Virus record (IMG/VR): IMGVR_UViG_3300042145_000066
DNA length: 64,000 nt
Reading direction: 5' to 3' (one strand)
From: an uncultured virus (IMG/VR IMGVR_UViG_3300042145_000066)
Lineage: Duplodnaviria > Heunggongvirae > Uroviricota > Caudoviricetes
The position numbers and the translations under genes were made by a program. Below are positions 54,159-64,000 of the stretch, piece by piece (the stretch's first letter is position 1; each line of letters starts with the position of its first letter). The notes beneath the pieces were generated by a model. It was not told where the DNA came from. It did not search any database and saw nothing but the letters and a program-made list of their open reading frames with translations.

Positions 54159-54577
54159 GGGAGCACGGCGAGGCCGTCGAGTGGGACATCGCCCGCTACT
54201 GGCCGGGCCGGTCCCTTCTGGAACTGCACCGCGGGGAGATGTCGTGGCGTGAGCTGCGGGTCTTCCTCAAGTTCCTGCCACCCGAGAGTGCGACCGCTCG
54301 GGCGGTCCGCGGGTCGACTGTGGAAGATGACGCGTGGACCCTGGACCGGCAGCTCCTGGCGAGCGCCGTGGACGCGATCCGCGAGAACACGTTCGCCGCG
54401 GTCAAGCTGCACGGCGACCCGAAGAAGACCAAACGCCTCAAGCCGCCTGACCCTATCGAACGTCCCGGCGTCGAAGTCCGCCGCAAGAAGTCCAACGTCA
54501 TCCGCTTCGGAGGGCGCCACGGCTCCGGCGCCGATCAGCTGGCGCCCCTCTTCGGGGGCCATGCCGCGAACCAGTAA
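53817..54577 (+). CDS. Tail assembly chaperone (GT) via -1 frameshift at 54128-54134
   Basis: G GGG GAA; -1 frame is open from there to 54577 (LARFLREHGEAVEWDIARYW..). Confidence 0.8.
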
Positions 54578-54589
54578 CGGGGGTGCGCG

Positions 54590-57500
54590 GTGGCCACTGG
54601 CGGTGTCCTTGTCGGACGTGGATACGTCTCCATCCGGCCCGAGTTCGAAGGCGACTGGTCCAACCAGGTCGGCACCCGCGCCGCCCGCGCCGGCAAGTCC
54701 GGCGCGGGCGCCTTCTCGAAGGCGTTCAGCGGCGGCCTCAAGGGGCTTGGAGCCCTGGCCGGGGTGGCGATCGGCGCGAACCTGTCGTCGGCCGCCGCCG
54801 GCGCCGCAGCCCTGGCGCCAGCGCTCACCACTGCTGGCGCGGCTGCGGGCGCTTTGAAGTTGGGCCTGTCCGGCGTGGGGGAGGCGTTCAAGCAGGCGTT
54901 CGCGGACTCCAGCTCCCAGGCTTCGTCGGCAGCGTCGGCCACGCGCGCAGTGGAGTCGGCGCAGCGCGGCCTGGCGAACGCGCAGCGCGCGCTGTCGCAA
55001 GCCCGGGTTGATGCGGCGAAGCGGGTCAAGGACGCCCAGGAAGAAGTGGCGGACGCCGAGCGGGATCTGGCGGACGCCCAGCGCGACGCCCGCGACGTGC
55101 AGGGCGAGCTGAACGATGCCCGACGCGAGGCGGCCCGCGCCCTACAGGACATGAACCAGCGGCTCGCCGAGTCCCACCTCGACGAGCGTGAAGCCGTCCT
55201 GCGCCTGAAGGAGGCAGAGGAAGAACTCAAAGCTGCCCAGTTGAAGCCCGGCGTCAAGCCAGAGGATCTGGAGGAGCTTCAGATCCGCTACGAGCGGGCC
55301 AAGCTCAACCTCACCGAACAGCGCACCGAGACGAACCGGCTCGCTGAGGACACGAAGAAGGCCAACAAGGCCGGCGTGGACGGCAGTGAGCAAGTGCTCT
55401 CCGTCAAGGAGCGCATCGCCGACGCCAACCGAAACGTCGCCGACAAGGAGCGTGCCCTCGCCGCCGCACAGGCGGGAGTGGATGAGGCGCGCGCGGACGG
55501 CGCCCGGCAGATCGAGGACGCTCAGCGAGCCGTAGCCGATGCCGCAGCCGCGGTAGCCGACGCCCAGGCCGCTGCAGCGGCACAGGCATCCAAGTTCGAC
55601 CAGGCCATGGCCAAGCTGGCGCCGAACGCCCGCTCGTTCGTCAACGCCGTGCGAGGCCTGGCGCCCGCATGGACGGACATGCGCTTGTCCGTGCAGAACC
55701 GGCTGTTCGAGGGCCTCGACTCCACCGTCACCACACTCGGCCAGACCACGATCCCCATCCTGCAGCGGCAGCTCACCGCCACCGCAGGCGTGTGGAACGC
55801 CATGGCCAAGAACGCGGCCGGCGCTGTCACCGAGATGGCCAAGACGGGGATGCTCGACCAGATTCTCGCCGGGGCGACCGCGAACCTGAAGGTGTTCGAG
55901 AAGGCGCCGGGCCAGCTGGTCACCGCATGGGGCCAGTTGGCCGTGGCAGCTCAGCCTGCCTTCAACGCCCTCCTCACCCAGATGGCGGGCGCCATCACCT
56001 CGTTCACTGACGGCATCGCGAAGAGTTTCGCGTCGGGCGGCCTGGAAGAGGCCATAACCACCGCGTTCGGGATCCTCAGCCAGTTCGGAACGCTGCTCGG
56101 CAACGTCCTCGGCGTCGTCTCTCAGATCTTCAAAGCGGCGAGTGATGCGGGCGGGCAGATCGTCGGCTCGCTTGCCGCCGTGTTCGGTGAACTCCGCCGC
56201 GTGCTGGCAACCGATGAGATGCAGGCCCAGATGCGCAGCCTGTTCGCATCGGTCGCGCAGATCGTCTCCGCGATCGTCCCGATCTTCGGGGCGGTCGTCC
56301 AGGCCGTCGTGCCCCTGCTCGCGGCGATCGCCCAGCCCATCGCCCAGCTCGCCACCGTGCTCGGCCCGGTGCTGCAACAGCTGGCCACCACGCTCGGTGC
56401 GGCACTGCTCCCGATCGTGCAGGCCCTCGGGCCCGTGCTGGTCACCGTGGGCACAGCAATCGTGCAGCTCGTACAGGCCGTAACGCCGCTGCTGCAGCCC
56501 ATCGCGGACCTGATCAGTGGCGTGATCAACGCGCTCGCGCCAGCGCTGACACCGATCGTCAACGTCGTCTCCAGCCTTGTCGGTGTCCTGATCGGACCGT
56601 TGACGCAGATCGTGCAGGTCCTCACCCCGGTCCTGCAGATCCTCGGTGATGTCATCACCCAGGTCTTCGAGGCCCTGGAGCCGATGCTTGCACCGCTGGT
56701 CACGCTGATCGGGCAGGCCGCACAGTTGATCGCGAACGTGTTCGCGGTGGCGCTCGCCCAGCTCATGACCGTCCTGACGCCACTCATCGACGTTGGGCTG
56801 CTGCTCGTCGAGACCGTGTTCGCCGCGCTGGAGCCGCTACTCCCGGTGATCAGCGAAGCGCTCAAGGCGGTAGGCAGCGCCCTGCTGTCCATGCTGCCCG
56901 CACTGTCCGGGTTCGCCGACGCGGGCGTAGCCCTGGTCGAAGGCCTCGCCCCGCTCATCCCGATCGGCGTCCAACTCGTCACGACCGTGCTGGATGCGCT
57001 GCTTCCAGTTCTGCCCACCGTGGCGGACGCGTTCGTTGCGATCTCCACCGCCTTGCTGGGCATCGTCGGCCCACTCGCCGAAATGGCGGGCACCATCGCT
57101 GCGGTCCTGGCGCCGATCCTCGCGGACATCGCCCCCATCTTGGGGGACTTCGTCGGCCTGCTCGCAAACACGCTCGCACAGGTGCTGCCGCCACTGACCA
57201 CCGCCTTGCTGTCGCTGGTGACTGCGTTCGCACCGCTGCTGCCGGTGTTCGGTGAACTCGTCGGCATGGTGCTGGAGATGGCGGGCGGCGTGCTCGTACA
57301 GCTGCTGCCGTCGCTGATGCAGCTCGTGCAGGCCGGAGTGAGTCTGGCCCTCGCTCTGCTGCCGATCCTGCCGCCCCTGGCGCAGCTCGTCGGTCTGGTC
57401 CTGGAGCTCGCCATCAACGTGCTGAGCTGGCTCCTTCCGCCGCTGCTCAGCTTTGCCGGCTTCCTTGTCGGCCAGCTCGCTTCCGCACTGTCCACGGCGA

Positions 57501-60301
57501 TCGGCTGGATATCCGGCATCGTCACCGCGATCGCCGGTCTCGTGTCGTGGGTGACCAACCGCCTGGGGCCTGCGTTCACGTGGCTCCGCGACAAGGTCGT
57601 GATCCCTGCCTGGGAGGGCATCAGGGGGGCCGTCGCTACCGCTTGGGGATGGATCAAGACCAATGTCCTGATCCCGATCCGGACGTTCTTCACTCAGACC
57701 GTTCCGGGCTGGGGCACGACTCTGAGGACCAGGGTGGTCGGCGCATGGAGAGGGATGCGCGACGGCATCTCCAGCTCCTGGGACTGGATCAAGCAGCGGG
57801 TGCTGTACCCGATCCGCGACTTCTTCACGAAGACAGTTCCCGGGTGGGGAACGTCCTTGAAGAACAAACTCGTCGAGGCGTTCGACTTCGCCCGCAAGGG
57901 CATCAAAACAGCCTGGGACAAGATCAAGAAGATTGCCCGGGACCCGATCCAGTACGTCGTCGACATCGTCTACAACAAGGGAATCAGGGGAGTTTGGAAC
58001 AAGGTCGCCACAGCGTTCGGCGCCGATCCGCTCAAGGAATTCAAGTTCGCCCGAGGCGGCATCATGCCCGGCTACACGCCCGGGCGGGACGTGCACCGCT
58101 TCCTCTCGCCGACCGGCGGGGCGCTCGAACTCAGCGGCGGCGAGGCCATCATGCGGCCCGAGTTCACCCGCGGCGCCGGCGCTGGCTTCGTCAACTACTT
58201 CAACCGGATCGCCAAGTCCCACGGCGCGCAAGGCGTCAAGTCGGCCCTGGCCCCGGTGTTCGGCGGCAACCCAACCACCCCCACCGACCGGTCCCTTCGC
58301 TACGCCAACGGCGGCGTGGTGCAGCGGTTCGCGGACGGCGGGATCTTCGGATGGATCAAGTCAGCAGGCGCCGCCGTTGCGGGCGCCGGCTCGGCTGCCT
58401 GGAACGGCATCAAGAAGGGCGCCAAGTGGCTGTCCGACACCCTTGAGGCCTCCGCGCGGGCGGGCGTGACGAACGTCGTCGACCCCCTGCTGCGCAACTT
58501 CCCCGGCATGGACACCGGCTTCGGGCGCATGATCCGCAAGATTCCCAACCGGATCATCGACGCCCTGTTCGGCTACAGCAAGAAGGCCGACGAGAAGGGC
58601 GCTGGTGGGATCGGCGGGCCGCGGATCCAGGCAGCGCTCCGCTGGGCGAAGACCCAAAACGGCAAGCCGTACCAGTGGGGTGGCAATGGCAAGCCATCCT
58701 GGGACTGCCTTACGCTTGCCTCCGTGATTACTACCCCTGAGGGACACACGGAACTTCGAGACCTGCATCCCGGCATGCAGGTGATGGCCTATCAGGACGG
58801 GAAGCTCGTCTCATCCAAGGTGCTGGCGAAGTGGAACACTGGCGAGCAGGAGCTGTTCAAGGTCCGCACCCGAAACCGGTCCATCCGCGCAACTGCTGGG
58901 CACAGAGTCCTCGTTGCCGCACCCCTCAGCCGGCCGATGGCCGACACGGACGAGCGCGTCTCGATGGCCAGGTGGGGCACCACCTGGAAGCACGTCCGCG
59001 ACCTCACGTCCTCCGATTACCTGGTCACCTACACGGGGTCCCCGAAGAAGGGTGGAGAGGAAGTACCGGAAGACCTGGCCTGGTTGATGGGTCTCTGGCT
59101 CGCTGACGGCAGCGTCCACGCCAGCGGCGGCATCCGGATCTGTGTCTACAGCGACCTCGCAGAGAAGGCCATGTCCGTGCTCCGCCAGCATGCCCCGGAC
59201 CGTAAGGTGTCCCACCATCCCCGCCACGGCGTCATGGTCAGCGACATTCAGCGTGCGCGGTGGATGATGCGGAACGGCTTCTGCGGTAAGTCCCACGAGC
59301 GCAGTGTGCCGCCCATCGTCATGGAGTGGAGCGAGCGCGCGCAGACGGCCTTCCTGAACGGGTACGCCGACGGCGATGGCTCCTACAAGAACGGGGGCAC
59401 CTTCGGAACTGCGCAGCTCATCACCTACAAGGCCACTTCCCGCGTACTGATCGAAGGCATCCGGGAGATGCACCTCCGGCGCGGTGACCGCGTTACCGTC
59501 ACTCGCACGGAGGCTCGGAGCAAGGACATCTTCATCGGCGGCAAGAAGATCCAGAACGCCCGGCCCCTTCACAGTATCGACGCAACCCCCGGCAGGGGCG
59601 CTACGCAGAGCACGGGCGCTGGGCATCGCCCTGGACTGCTGCGCCTCGTTGAGCAGTTGCGGGCCGAGAACATGTCGGTCCAAAAGGTACTTTCCGTCGA
59701 GCCTGACGGCGTCGAGGAAACGTGGGACATCGAGGTTGAGGACTCTCACTCGTTCGTCTCCGACGGCCTGATTAGCCACAACTGCTCAGGTCTCGTATCC
59801 GCCATCGAGAGCGTGATCCGCGGGCAGAAACCGCACCGCCGCTGGTCAACACACGCATTCAGTGGGAAGACCGCGCCGCCCGGGTGGGTGTACCACGGCA
59901 ACTCGGCGTTCAAGGTCGGAATCACGAACGCGGGTGTCGGCCACACCGCGGGCACGCTGGGCAAGACGAACGTGGAGTCCCGGGGCGGCGATGGGGTCGT
60001 CATCGGTAAGGGCGCCCGTGGCTACAACAGCCGTCTCTTCGGGAGCTGGTACGGCTTCCAGCCCGGCAAGTATGACGCGGGCGGCTGGCTGGGGCCGGGG
60101 CAGGTCGGCGTCAACCAGTTGCGCCAACCCGAGGCGGTTCTCACCCCTGGCCAGTGGCAGACCATGACCACCCTCGCTGATCGGGCGACGGACCCGGTGG
60201 TGGTGGAGATCCACACGAGGGATCAGGCGCTCGCCGAGTTCATCGACGTGCGAGTACACCGCAACAACCGCGAACTGGTGGCAGTCCTGAACGCGAGCTG
60301 A
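54590..60301 (+). CDS. Tape measure protein with C-terminal NlpC/P60-type domain interrupted by an intein
   Basis: 1903 aa, coiled coil plus amphipathic repeats; GKPYQWGG..WD|intein|CSG..GHT. Confidence 0.93.
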   Translation: MATGGVLVGRGYVSIRPEFEGDWSNQVGTRAARAGKSGAGAFSKAFSGGLKGLGALAGVAIGANLSSAAAGAAALAPALTTAGAAAGALKLGLSGVGEAFKQAFADSSSQASSAASATRAVESAQRGLANAQRALSQARVDAAKRVKDAQEEVADAERDLADAQRDARDVQGELNDARREAARALQDMNQRLAESHLDEREAVLRLKEAEEELKAAQLKPGVKPEDLEELQIRYERAKLNLTEQRTETNRLAEDTKKANKAGVDGSEQVLSVKERIADANRNVADKERALAAAQAGVDEARADGARQIEDAQRAVADAAAAVADAQAAAAAQASKFDQAMAKLAPNARSFVNAVRGLAPAWTDMRLSVQNRLFEGLDSTVTTLGQTTIPILQRQLTATAGVWNAMAKNAAGAVTEMAKTGMLDQILAGATANLKVFEKAPGQLVTAWGQLAVAAQPAFNALLTQMAGAITSFTDGIAKSFASGGLEEAITTAFGILSQFGTLLGNVLGVVSQIFKAASDAGGQIVGSLAAVFGELRRVLATDEMQAQMRSLFASVAQIVSAIVPIFGAVVQAVVPLLAAIAQPIAQLATVLGPVLQQLATTLGAALLPIVQALGPVLVTVGTAIVQLVQAVTPLLQPIADLISGVINALAPALTPIVNVVSSLVGVLIGPLTQIVQVLTPVLQILGDVITQVFEALEPMLAPLVTLIGQAAQLIANVFAVALAQLMTVLTPLIDVGLLLVETVFAALEPLLPVISEALKAVGSALLSMLPALSGFADAGVALVEGLAPLIPIGVQLVTTVLDALLPVLPTVADAFVAISTALLGIVGPLAEMAGTIAAVLAPILADIAPILGDFVGLLANTLAQVLPPLTTALLSLVTAFAPLLPVFGELVGMVLEMAGGVLVQLLPSLMQLVQAGVSLALALLPILPPLAQLVGLVLELAINVLSWLLPPLLSFAGFLVGQLASALSTAIGWISGIVTAIAGLVSWVTNRLGPAFTWLRDKVVIPAWEGIRGAVATAWGWIKTNVLIPIRTFFTQTVPGWGTTLRTRVVGAWRGMRDGISSSWDWIKQRVLYPIRDFFTKTVPGWGTSLKNKLVEAFDFARKGIKTAWDKIKKIARDPIQYVVDIVYNKGIRGVWNKVATAFGADPLKEFKFARGGIMPGYTPGRDVHRFLSPTGGALELSGGEAIMRPEFTRGAGAGFVNYFNRIAKSHGAQGVKSALAPVFGGNPTTPTDRSLRYANGGVVQRFADGGIFGWIKSAGAAVAGAGSAAWNGIKKGAKWLSDTLEASARAGVTNVVDPLLRNFPGMDTGFGRMIRKIPNRIIDALFGYSKKADEKGAGGIGGPRIQAALRWAKTQNGKPYQWGGNGKPSWDCLTLASVITTPEGHTELRDLHPGMQVMAYQDGKLVSSKVLAKWNTGEQELFKVRTRNRSIRATAGHRVLVAAPLSRPMADTDERVSMARWGTTWKHVRDLTSSDYLVTYTGSPKKGGEEVPEDLAWLMGLWLADGSVHASGGIRICVYSDLAEKAMSVLRQHAPDRKVSHHPRHGVMVSDIQRARWMMRNGFCGKSHERSVPPIVMEWSERAQTAFLNGYADGDGSYKNGGTFGTAQLITYKATSRVLIEGIREMHLRRGDRVTVTRTEARSKDIFIGGKKIQNARPLHSIDATPGRGATQSTGAGHRPGLLRLVEQLRAENMSVQKVLSVEPDGVEETWDIEVEDSHSFVSDGLISHNCSGLVSAIESVIRGQKPHRRWSTHAFSGKTAPPGWVYHGNSAFKVGITNAGVGHTAGTLGKTNVESRGGDGVVIGKGARGYNSRLFGSWYGFQPGKYDAGGWLGPGQVGVNQLRQPEAVLTPGQWQTMTTLADRATDPVVVEIHTRDQALAEFIDVRVHRNNRELVAVLNAS
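58706..59782 (+). mobile_element. Intein (359 aa) with LAGLIDADG homing endonuclease
   Basis: Starts CLT, block B ATAGHRVL, LMGLWLADG and FLNGYADGDG, block F TWDIEV, ends SHN followed by C. Confidence 0.95.
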
Positions 60302-60311
60302 GGAGGTCTCT

Positions 60312-62540
60312 GTGGCGATCCCCGGGAACTTCCTCAGCTCGTCGACAGAGTCGATGGACCCGGCCATCACCGGCTGGGTCCAGAAGCTCAACTGCACGCT
60401 GCTGAAGGGCATCGGCGGCAGGAACGGCGACGGCTGCCTCGCCGTCAAGAGCGTGGCGGCGGGGGAGATGCAGGCCCGCACCGTCTCCTCCTACGACATC
60501 ACCCCGGGTGTGACCTACGAGGTGTTCGCGGATACGGCCGGGGTGTCGTCGGAGCGGATCGGCATCCGCTGGATGTCGAACACCGCCACCGAGCTGAGCG
60601 TCACCTGGTCGGCGACGACGACGGGATCCTCCCCGTCGTGGCACCGGGTGAGCGTGGCTGGCGTGGCCCCGGTGGGGGCGACGAAAGCCCAGGTGCTGCT
60701 GTCGTCGACCGAGGCGGGCGCGCTGGTCTCCCACTACTGGGAGAACGTCTACCTCGGGCTTCCGATCCGCACGACCGGCAACCTGCTGGATTTCAACACC
60801 GAATCCACCGAGGTCGACCCGACTGGCTGGGGTGCGGTCGTCAACGCCACGGTCTCCCGGCAGGTGCCGGTGGTGTCGTGGGCTGTAGACAACTATCTGG
60901 CCGGCGGGCACATGCTGGCCATGACCGCGGTCGCGGCCGGTAACGCATCCGTGCTGGCGGTGGCCCGGCCGACGGTGACACCGGGCACCGAGTATCTGGC
61001 CTACGCCTATCTGAACCCGCCGACCCTGTCAGCCACGGCATGGATTGAGCTGCGCTTCTACGATGGCGCCGGCAATCAGATCGCCGCCCAGCGCAGCACG
61101 CTGGCGCAGCCGGGCACGGGCGTGTACCGGCAGCGAGCCTCGATGGTCGCCCCGGCGAACGCCGCCACCTGCTCGGTCGCGGCCGGCCTGGACTCCGCAT
61201 CGGCGGGGCAGGTGCTGCGCCTGGAGTCGGTCGTCGTCATCGTGGCACCGAAAGCCCAGACCGGCTCGGTCGTGCTGTATGCCGACTCCAGCTTCGAGCA
61301 GGGCATCGCCGGGTGGACCGTCGCCTCGGGTGTGGCAACGCTCGCCCGCACCACACCGTGGGGACTGTCCTCGTTCGACGGCTCGTACTCGCTCGCCGTC
61401 ACCTCCGCGACGGCCACCGCGTCGACACTGCGCTCGGCAAAGTTCCCGGTCGTCGAGGGCGTGAACTGGCGGGTGCAGGCGCTGGCGCACCCTGCGGCTG
61501 GCACCTGGGCGAGCGCGCTGATCCGCGTCCGCTGGTACAACGCGGCCAACGTCGACCTCGGCGCTTCCGCTGGAACCGCCTACTCGCTGCCAGGTTCCTC
61601 CTGGTACGTGCTGCCGTCGGATGCGACAGCGCCGGCGGGCGCGACGCAAGCGTCGGTGGAGCTCGTGGCCACCGCCTCGGCGACGTCGAGTGTGCTGCAC
61701 GTCGACCAGGTTGTGCTGTGGGAGGTGCTGCCGCAGACCGCCGTCGAGGGCTTCGACGCCAGCGGGTACGCCCTGCTCACGTTGCGGGAGCTGCCGGTCG
61801 ACGGCTACTCGATCAGCGTGTACCGGGTCGGGCAGGACGGCGCCCGCACCCTGGTCCGCGGCTCGGCGGGGCTGATCGACCGGCAGCCCATCACCTCGGA
61901 TCTGATGCTGATCGAGGACCATGAGGCGCCGTTCGGGACAGAGTTCTACTACCGGATCGAGATCTACGAACCTGACGGTGACCTCGCCTCAACCCGTTCG
62001 TCGGCGTCCGTGACGCTGACCATCGCGGACATCAACACGAGCTGGTTGAAGGACCCTGGGAACCCGCAGCGGAACCTGTTGGTCATGGTGGAGACGGCTC
62101 CGGACTGGACTCGGCCGATCGAGCAGGCCGCCCACGTGGTGCGGGGGCGCCGCAACAAGGTCGTGCTCTCAGGCCGCAGGCAGGGCCTGGAGGGTGACCT
62201 CGTCATCCGTACCCGATCCGATGAGGAACGCAAGGCGCTGCACTTGCTCCTCGACGACGGCAACGTCCTTTTGTGGCAGGCCAGCCCCGACATGGGTGTC
62301 GACGACATGTACGTCAACGTCGGGCAAGTCCCCGAAGGCCGCGTCGCGAAGCTCGCCCAGGATCAATGGCGGGCGTGGACGCTGCCCCTCGTCGAGGCGG
62401 ACATGCCGGTCACCACCGGCATCAACGGACCCGCGGGCAGGACGTGGCAGGACGTCGTCACCGAGTTCGCCACCTGCGCCGACCTGCTCACCGTGTACGC
62501 CACCAGCGAGGATCTGCTGCTCGACCGCCGAATGGGGTGA
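60312..62540 (+). CDS. Minor tail (distal tail-like) protein with three carbohydrate-binding-like repeats
   Basis: Three repeats ending V.GVAP.GAT.A; C-term WLKDPG.P.RN. Confidence 0.8.
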   Translation: MAIPGNFLSSSTESMDPAITGWVQKLNCTLLKGIGGRNGDGCLAVKSVAAGEMQARTVSSYDITPGVTYEVFADTAGVSSERIGIRWMSNTATELSVTWSATTTGSSPSWHRVSVAGVAPVGATKAQVLLSSTEAGALVSHYWENVYLGLPIRTTGNLLDFNTESTEVDPTGWGAVVNATVSRQVPVVSWAVDNYLAGGHMLAMTAVAAGNASVLAVARPTVTPGTEYLAYAYLNPPTLSATAWIELRFYDGAGNQIAAQRSTLAQPGTGVYRQRASMVAPANAATCSVAAGLDSASAGQVLRLESVVVIVAPKAQTGSVVLYADSSFEQGIAGWTVASGVATLARTTPWGLSSFDGSYSLAVTSATATASTLRSAKFPVVEGVNWRVQALAHPAAGTWASALIRVRWYNAANVDLGASAGTAYSLPGSSWYVLPSDATAPAGATQASVELVATASATSSVLHVDQVVLWEVLPQTAVEGFDASGYALLTLRELPVDGYSISVYRVGQDGARTLVRGSAGLIDRQPITSDLMLIEDHEAPFGTEFYYRIEIYEPDGDLASTRSSASVTLTIADINTSWLKDPGNPQRNLLVMVETAPDWTRPIEQAAHVVRGRRNKVVLSGRRQGLEGDLVIRTRSDEERKALHLLLDDGNVLLWQASPDMGVDDMYVNVGQVPEGRVAKLAQDQWRAWTLPLVEADMPVTTGINGPAGRTWQDVVTEFATCADLLTVYATSEDLLLDRRMG

Positions 62541-62543
62541 CCG

Positions 62544-63635
62544 ATGTACCCCGTCACGGACCGCTTCCTGCCGCGGCTCGCCGAGTCGCACCGGGTGGCC
62601 ACGCAGGTGCAGCTGTTCCTGAACGACGGCCGCGTCCTCGACCTGGAGCACACGGGCGGCTCGGTGCCGGTGGACCGGGCCCAGGCGATACGCCGCACCT
62701 GCTCCGTGACCGTCGCTGACCCGTCGCTGATCCCGCGAACGCCCGCCGACGAACTCGCCACCTACGGCGCACAGCTGCGGATCGCCCGCGGCGTCGAATA
62801 CGGAGACGGCAGCCGCGAGCTGGTACCACTCGGGGTGTTCAGGCTCGACAGCGTCGACGGCGACGTCGACGCAGGCCCCGTCACCCTGCAAGGCAAGGAC
62901 CGGTCCGCGATCGTCGCCGACGACAAATTCACCGAGCCATACCTGGCGAGCGGCACGGTGGTCGGTGCGATCACCGGGCTGATCCAGCGCAGCATCCCAA
63001 CCGCCGACGTCATCTCGACGATCGTCGACGCCCCCATCGGCTCCCGAGCCTTCGATGTCGAAGCCGATCCGTGGGCCGGGGCGCAGGAGATCGCAGCCGC
63101 AGCCGGCGCCGAGGTGTACTGCAACGCCGACGGCGTGTTCGTCATCAGCGCGCTGCCGAACCTGCTGACCGCGACTCCGGTGTGGGCGATCGAGGCGACT
63201 GAGGGCGGCGTCTACATCTCCGCCAACCGGGCCATGACGCTGGACGGAGTCCACAACGGCGTGCTCGCGCGGGGCGAGAACACGGCGGAGAACGTGCCGC
63301 CCGTCAGCTATCTCGCGACCGACAACGACCCGAACTCGCCGACCTACTGGGGTGGCCCGATCGGCCGGCGGCCGAAGTTCATCTCCTCCAGCGCCTACAC
63401 CAGCCTCAACGCAGTCACGCAGGCCGCGAACGCGGAGCTGGCCAAGGCCAAGGCGCCGAACGCATCCGGTGACATCAGCTCCCTGCCGAACCCGGCGCTC
63501 GAACCCGGCGACGTCGTTCGGGTGATGCACGCCGACGGCAGCCGCGAACTCCACCAAGTCGCCTCGATCTCCGTGCCGCTCGACGAGGGCGGCAGCTTTC
63601 CGATCGCCACAATCAGCGCCAAGGAGGACGCGTGA
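62544..63635 (+). CDS. Minor tail / baseplate hub protein (DUF5047-like)
   Basis: GGSV.VDR...RRTC; VPLGVFR; PNPALEPGDVV. Confidence 0.85.
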   Translation: MYPVTDRFLPRLAESHRVATQVQLFLNDGRVLDLEHTGGSVPVDRAQAIRRTCSVTVADPSLIPRTPADELATYGAQLRIARGVEYGDGSRELVPLGVFRLDSVDGDVDAGPVTLQGKDRSAIVADDKFTEPYLASGTVVGAITGLIQRSIPTADVISTIVDAPIGSRAFDVEADPWAGAQEIAAAAGAEVYCNADGVFVISALPNLLTATPVWAIEATEGGVYISANRAMTLDGVHNGVLARGENTAENVPPVSYLATDNDPNSPTYWGGPIGRRPKFISSSAYTSLNAVTQAANAELAKAKAPNASGDISSLPNPALEPGDVVRVMHADGSRELHQVASISVPLDEGGSFPIATISAKEDA

Positions 63636-64000
63636 CACGGTCCGGCCACGGCATCAACCGCGACCTCGTCGCCGCCGTCGAACGCAAAGCCCGCCGCACC
63701 GGCGAACAGGCACCCTCGGTGCGCGGCTCCGACTGGCGCACTGCCATCGTCACCGCCGTCAACACGGACGGAACCGTCGAAGCAGACGGCCTCACCTGGC
63801 GACGGGCCGAGACCTACCAGGCGCCGGCCGTGGGCGACGTCATCGTCGTCAGCCAGTCCAGCAACGGCAACCTCATCGCCCTGGGCCGGAACGCCGGAAC
63901 GACGGCACCCAGCGGCGCCTGGACAGCCGTCCCTCTCGCGGCAGGCTTTACCACGCCGCATGGCGCGTTCGGCGCGGCCGAATATCGGCTGATCACCTCC
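63632..64000 (+). CDS. Minor tail protein (truncated by window end)
   Basis: AAGGAGG RBS; AIVTAVNTDGTV..Y.APAVGDV. Confidence 0.7.
   Translation, partial: MTRSGHGINRDLVAAVERKARRTGEQAPSVRGSDWRTAIVTAVNTDGTVEADGLTWRRAETYQAPAVGDVIVVSQSSNGNLIALGRNAGTTAPSGAWTAVPLAAGFTTPHGAFGAAEYRLITS

Larger units (their letters stand above)
1..64000 (+). mobile_element. Temperate siphovirus prophage/phage of a Streptomyces-like host (both ends outside window)
   Basis: Co-oriented early, replication, packaging, head and tail genes; high GC; WhiB and other actinophage-type genes. Confidence 0.95.

Noticed and set aside
1..64000. tRNA/rRNA genes, integrase, endolysin/holin, reverse transcriptase or DGR
   Set aside because: No recognisable signatures in this window

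Overview
The whole window is high-GC actinobacterial (Streptomyces-type) temperate siphophage/prophage DNA, almost all on the + strand. 1-18.4 kb is the early region: RecT-like recombinase, DnaQ exonuclease, WhiB, C5 methyltransferase, orphan Phd, HNH, replication initiator with iterons, PAPS-reductase-like protein and many small ORFs. 18.4-22.4 kb holds accessory/regulatory cassettes: a RelE-like TA pair, a BRO-Ant antirepressor, an HTH regulator and an XRE-peptide deformylase fusion. 22.4-33.1 kb is a Streptomyces plasmid/AICE-type conjugation block (divergent Kor-like regulator, Spd-like membrane proteins, FtsK/TraB translocase, clt-like repeat locus, Pycsar-effector-like protein) with no integrase or rep gene of its own. 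33.4-43.5 kb has a late regulator and promoter, a duplicated virion-appendage module with a double beta-helix spike, and the packaging HNH. 43.8-64 kb is morphogenesis: terminases, portal, scaffold, a phage-encoded mini-Prp protease whose probable cleavage motif WF[KR]L[TD]RH is shared by scaffold and capsid, connectors, tail, a -1 frameshifted chaperone, a tape measure protein with a LAGLIDADG intein at its NlpC/P60 catalytic cysteine, and baseplate genes. Integrase, lysis genes and att sites are not visible. All calls come from reading motifs and synteny by eye, with no database search.
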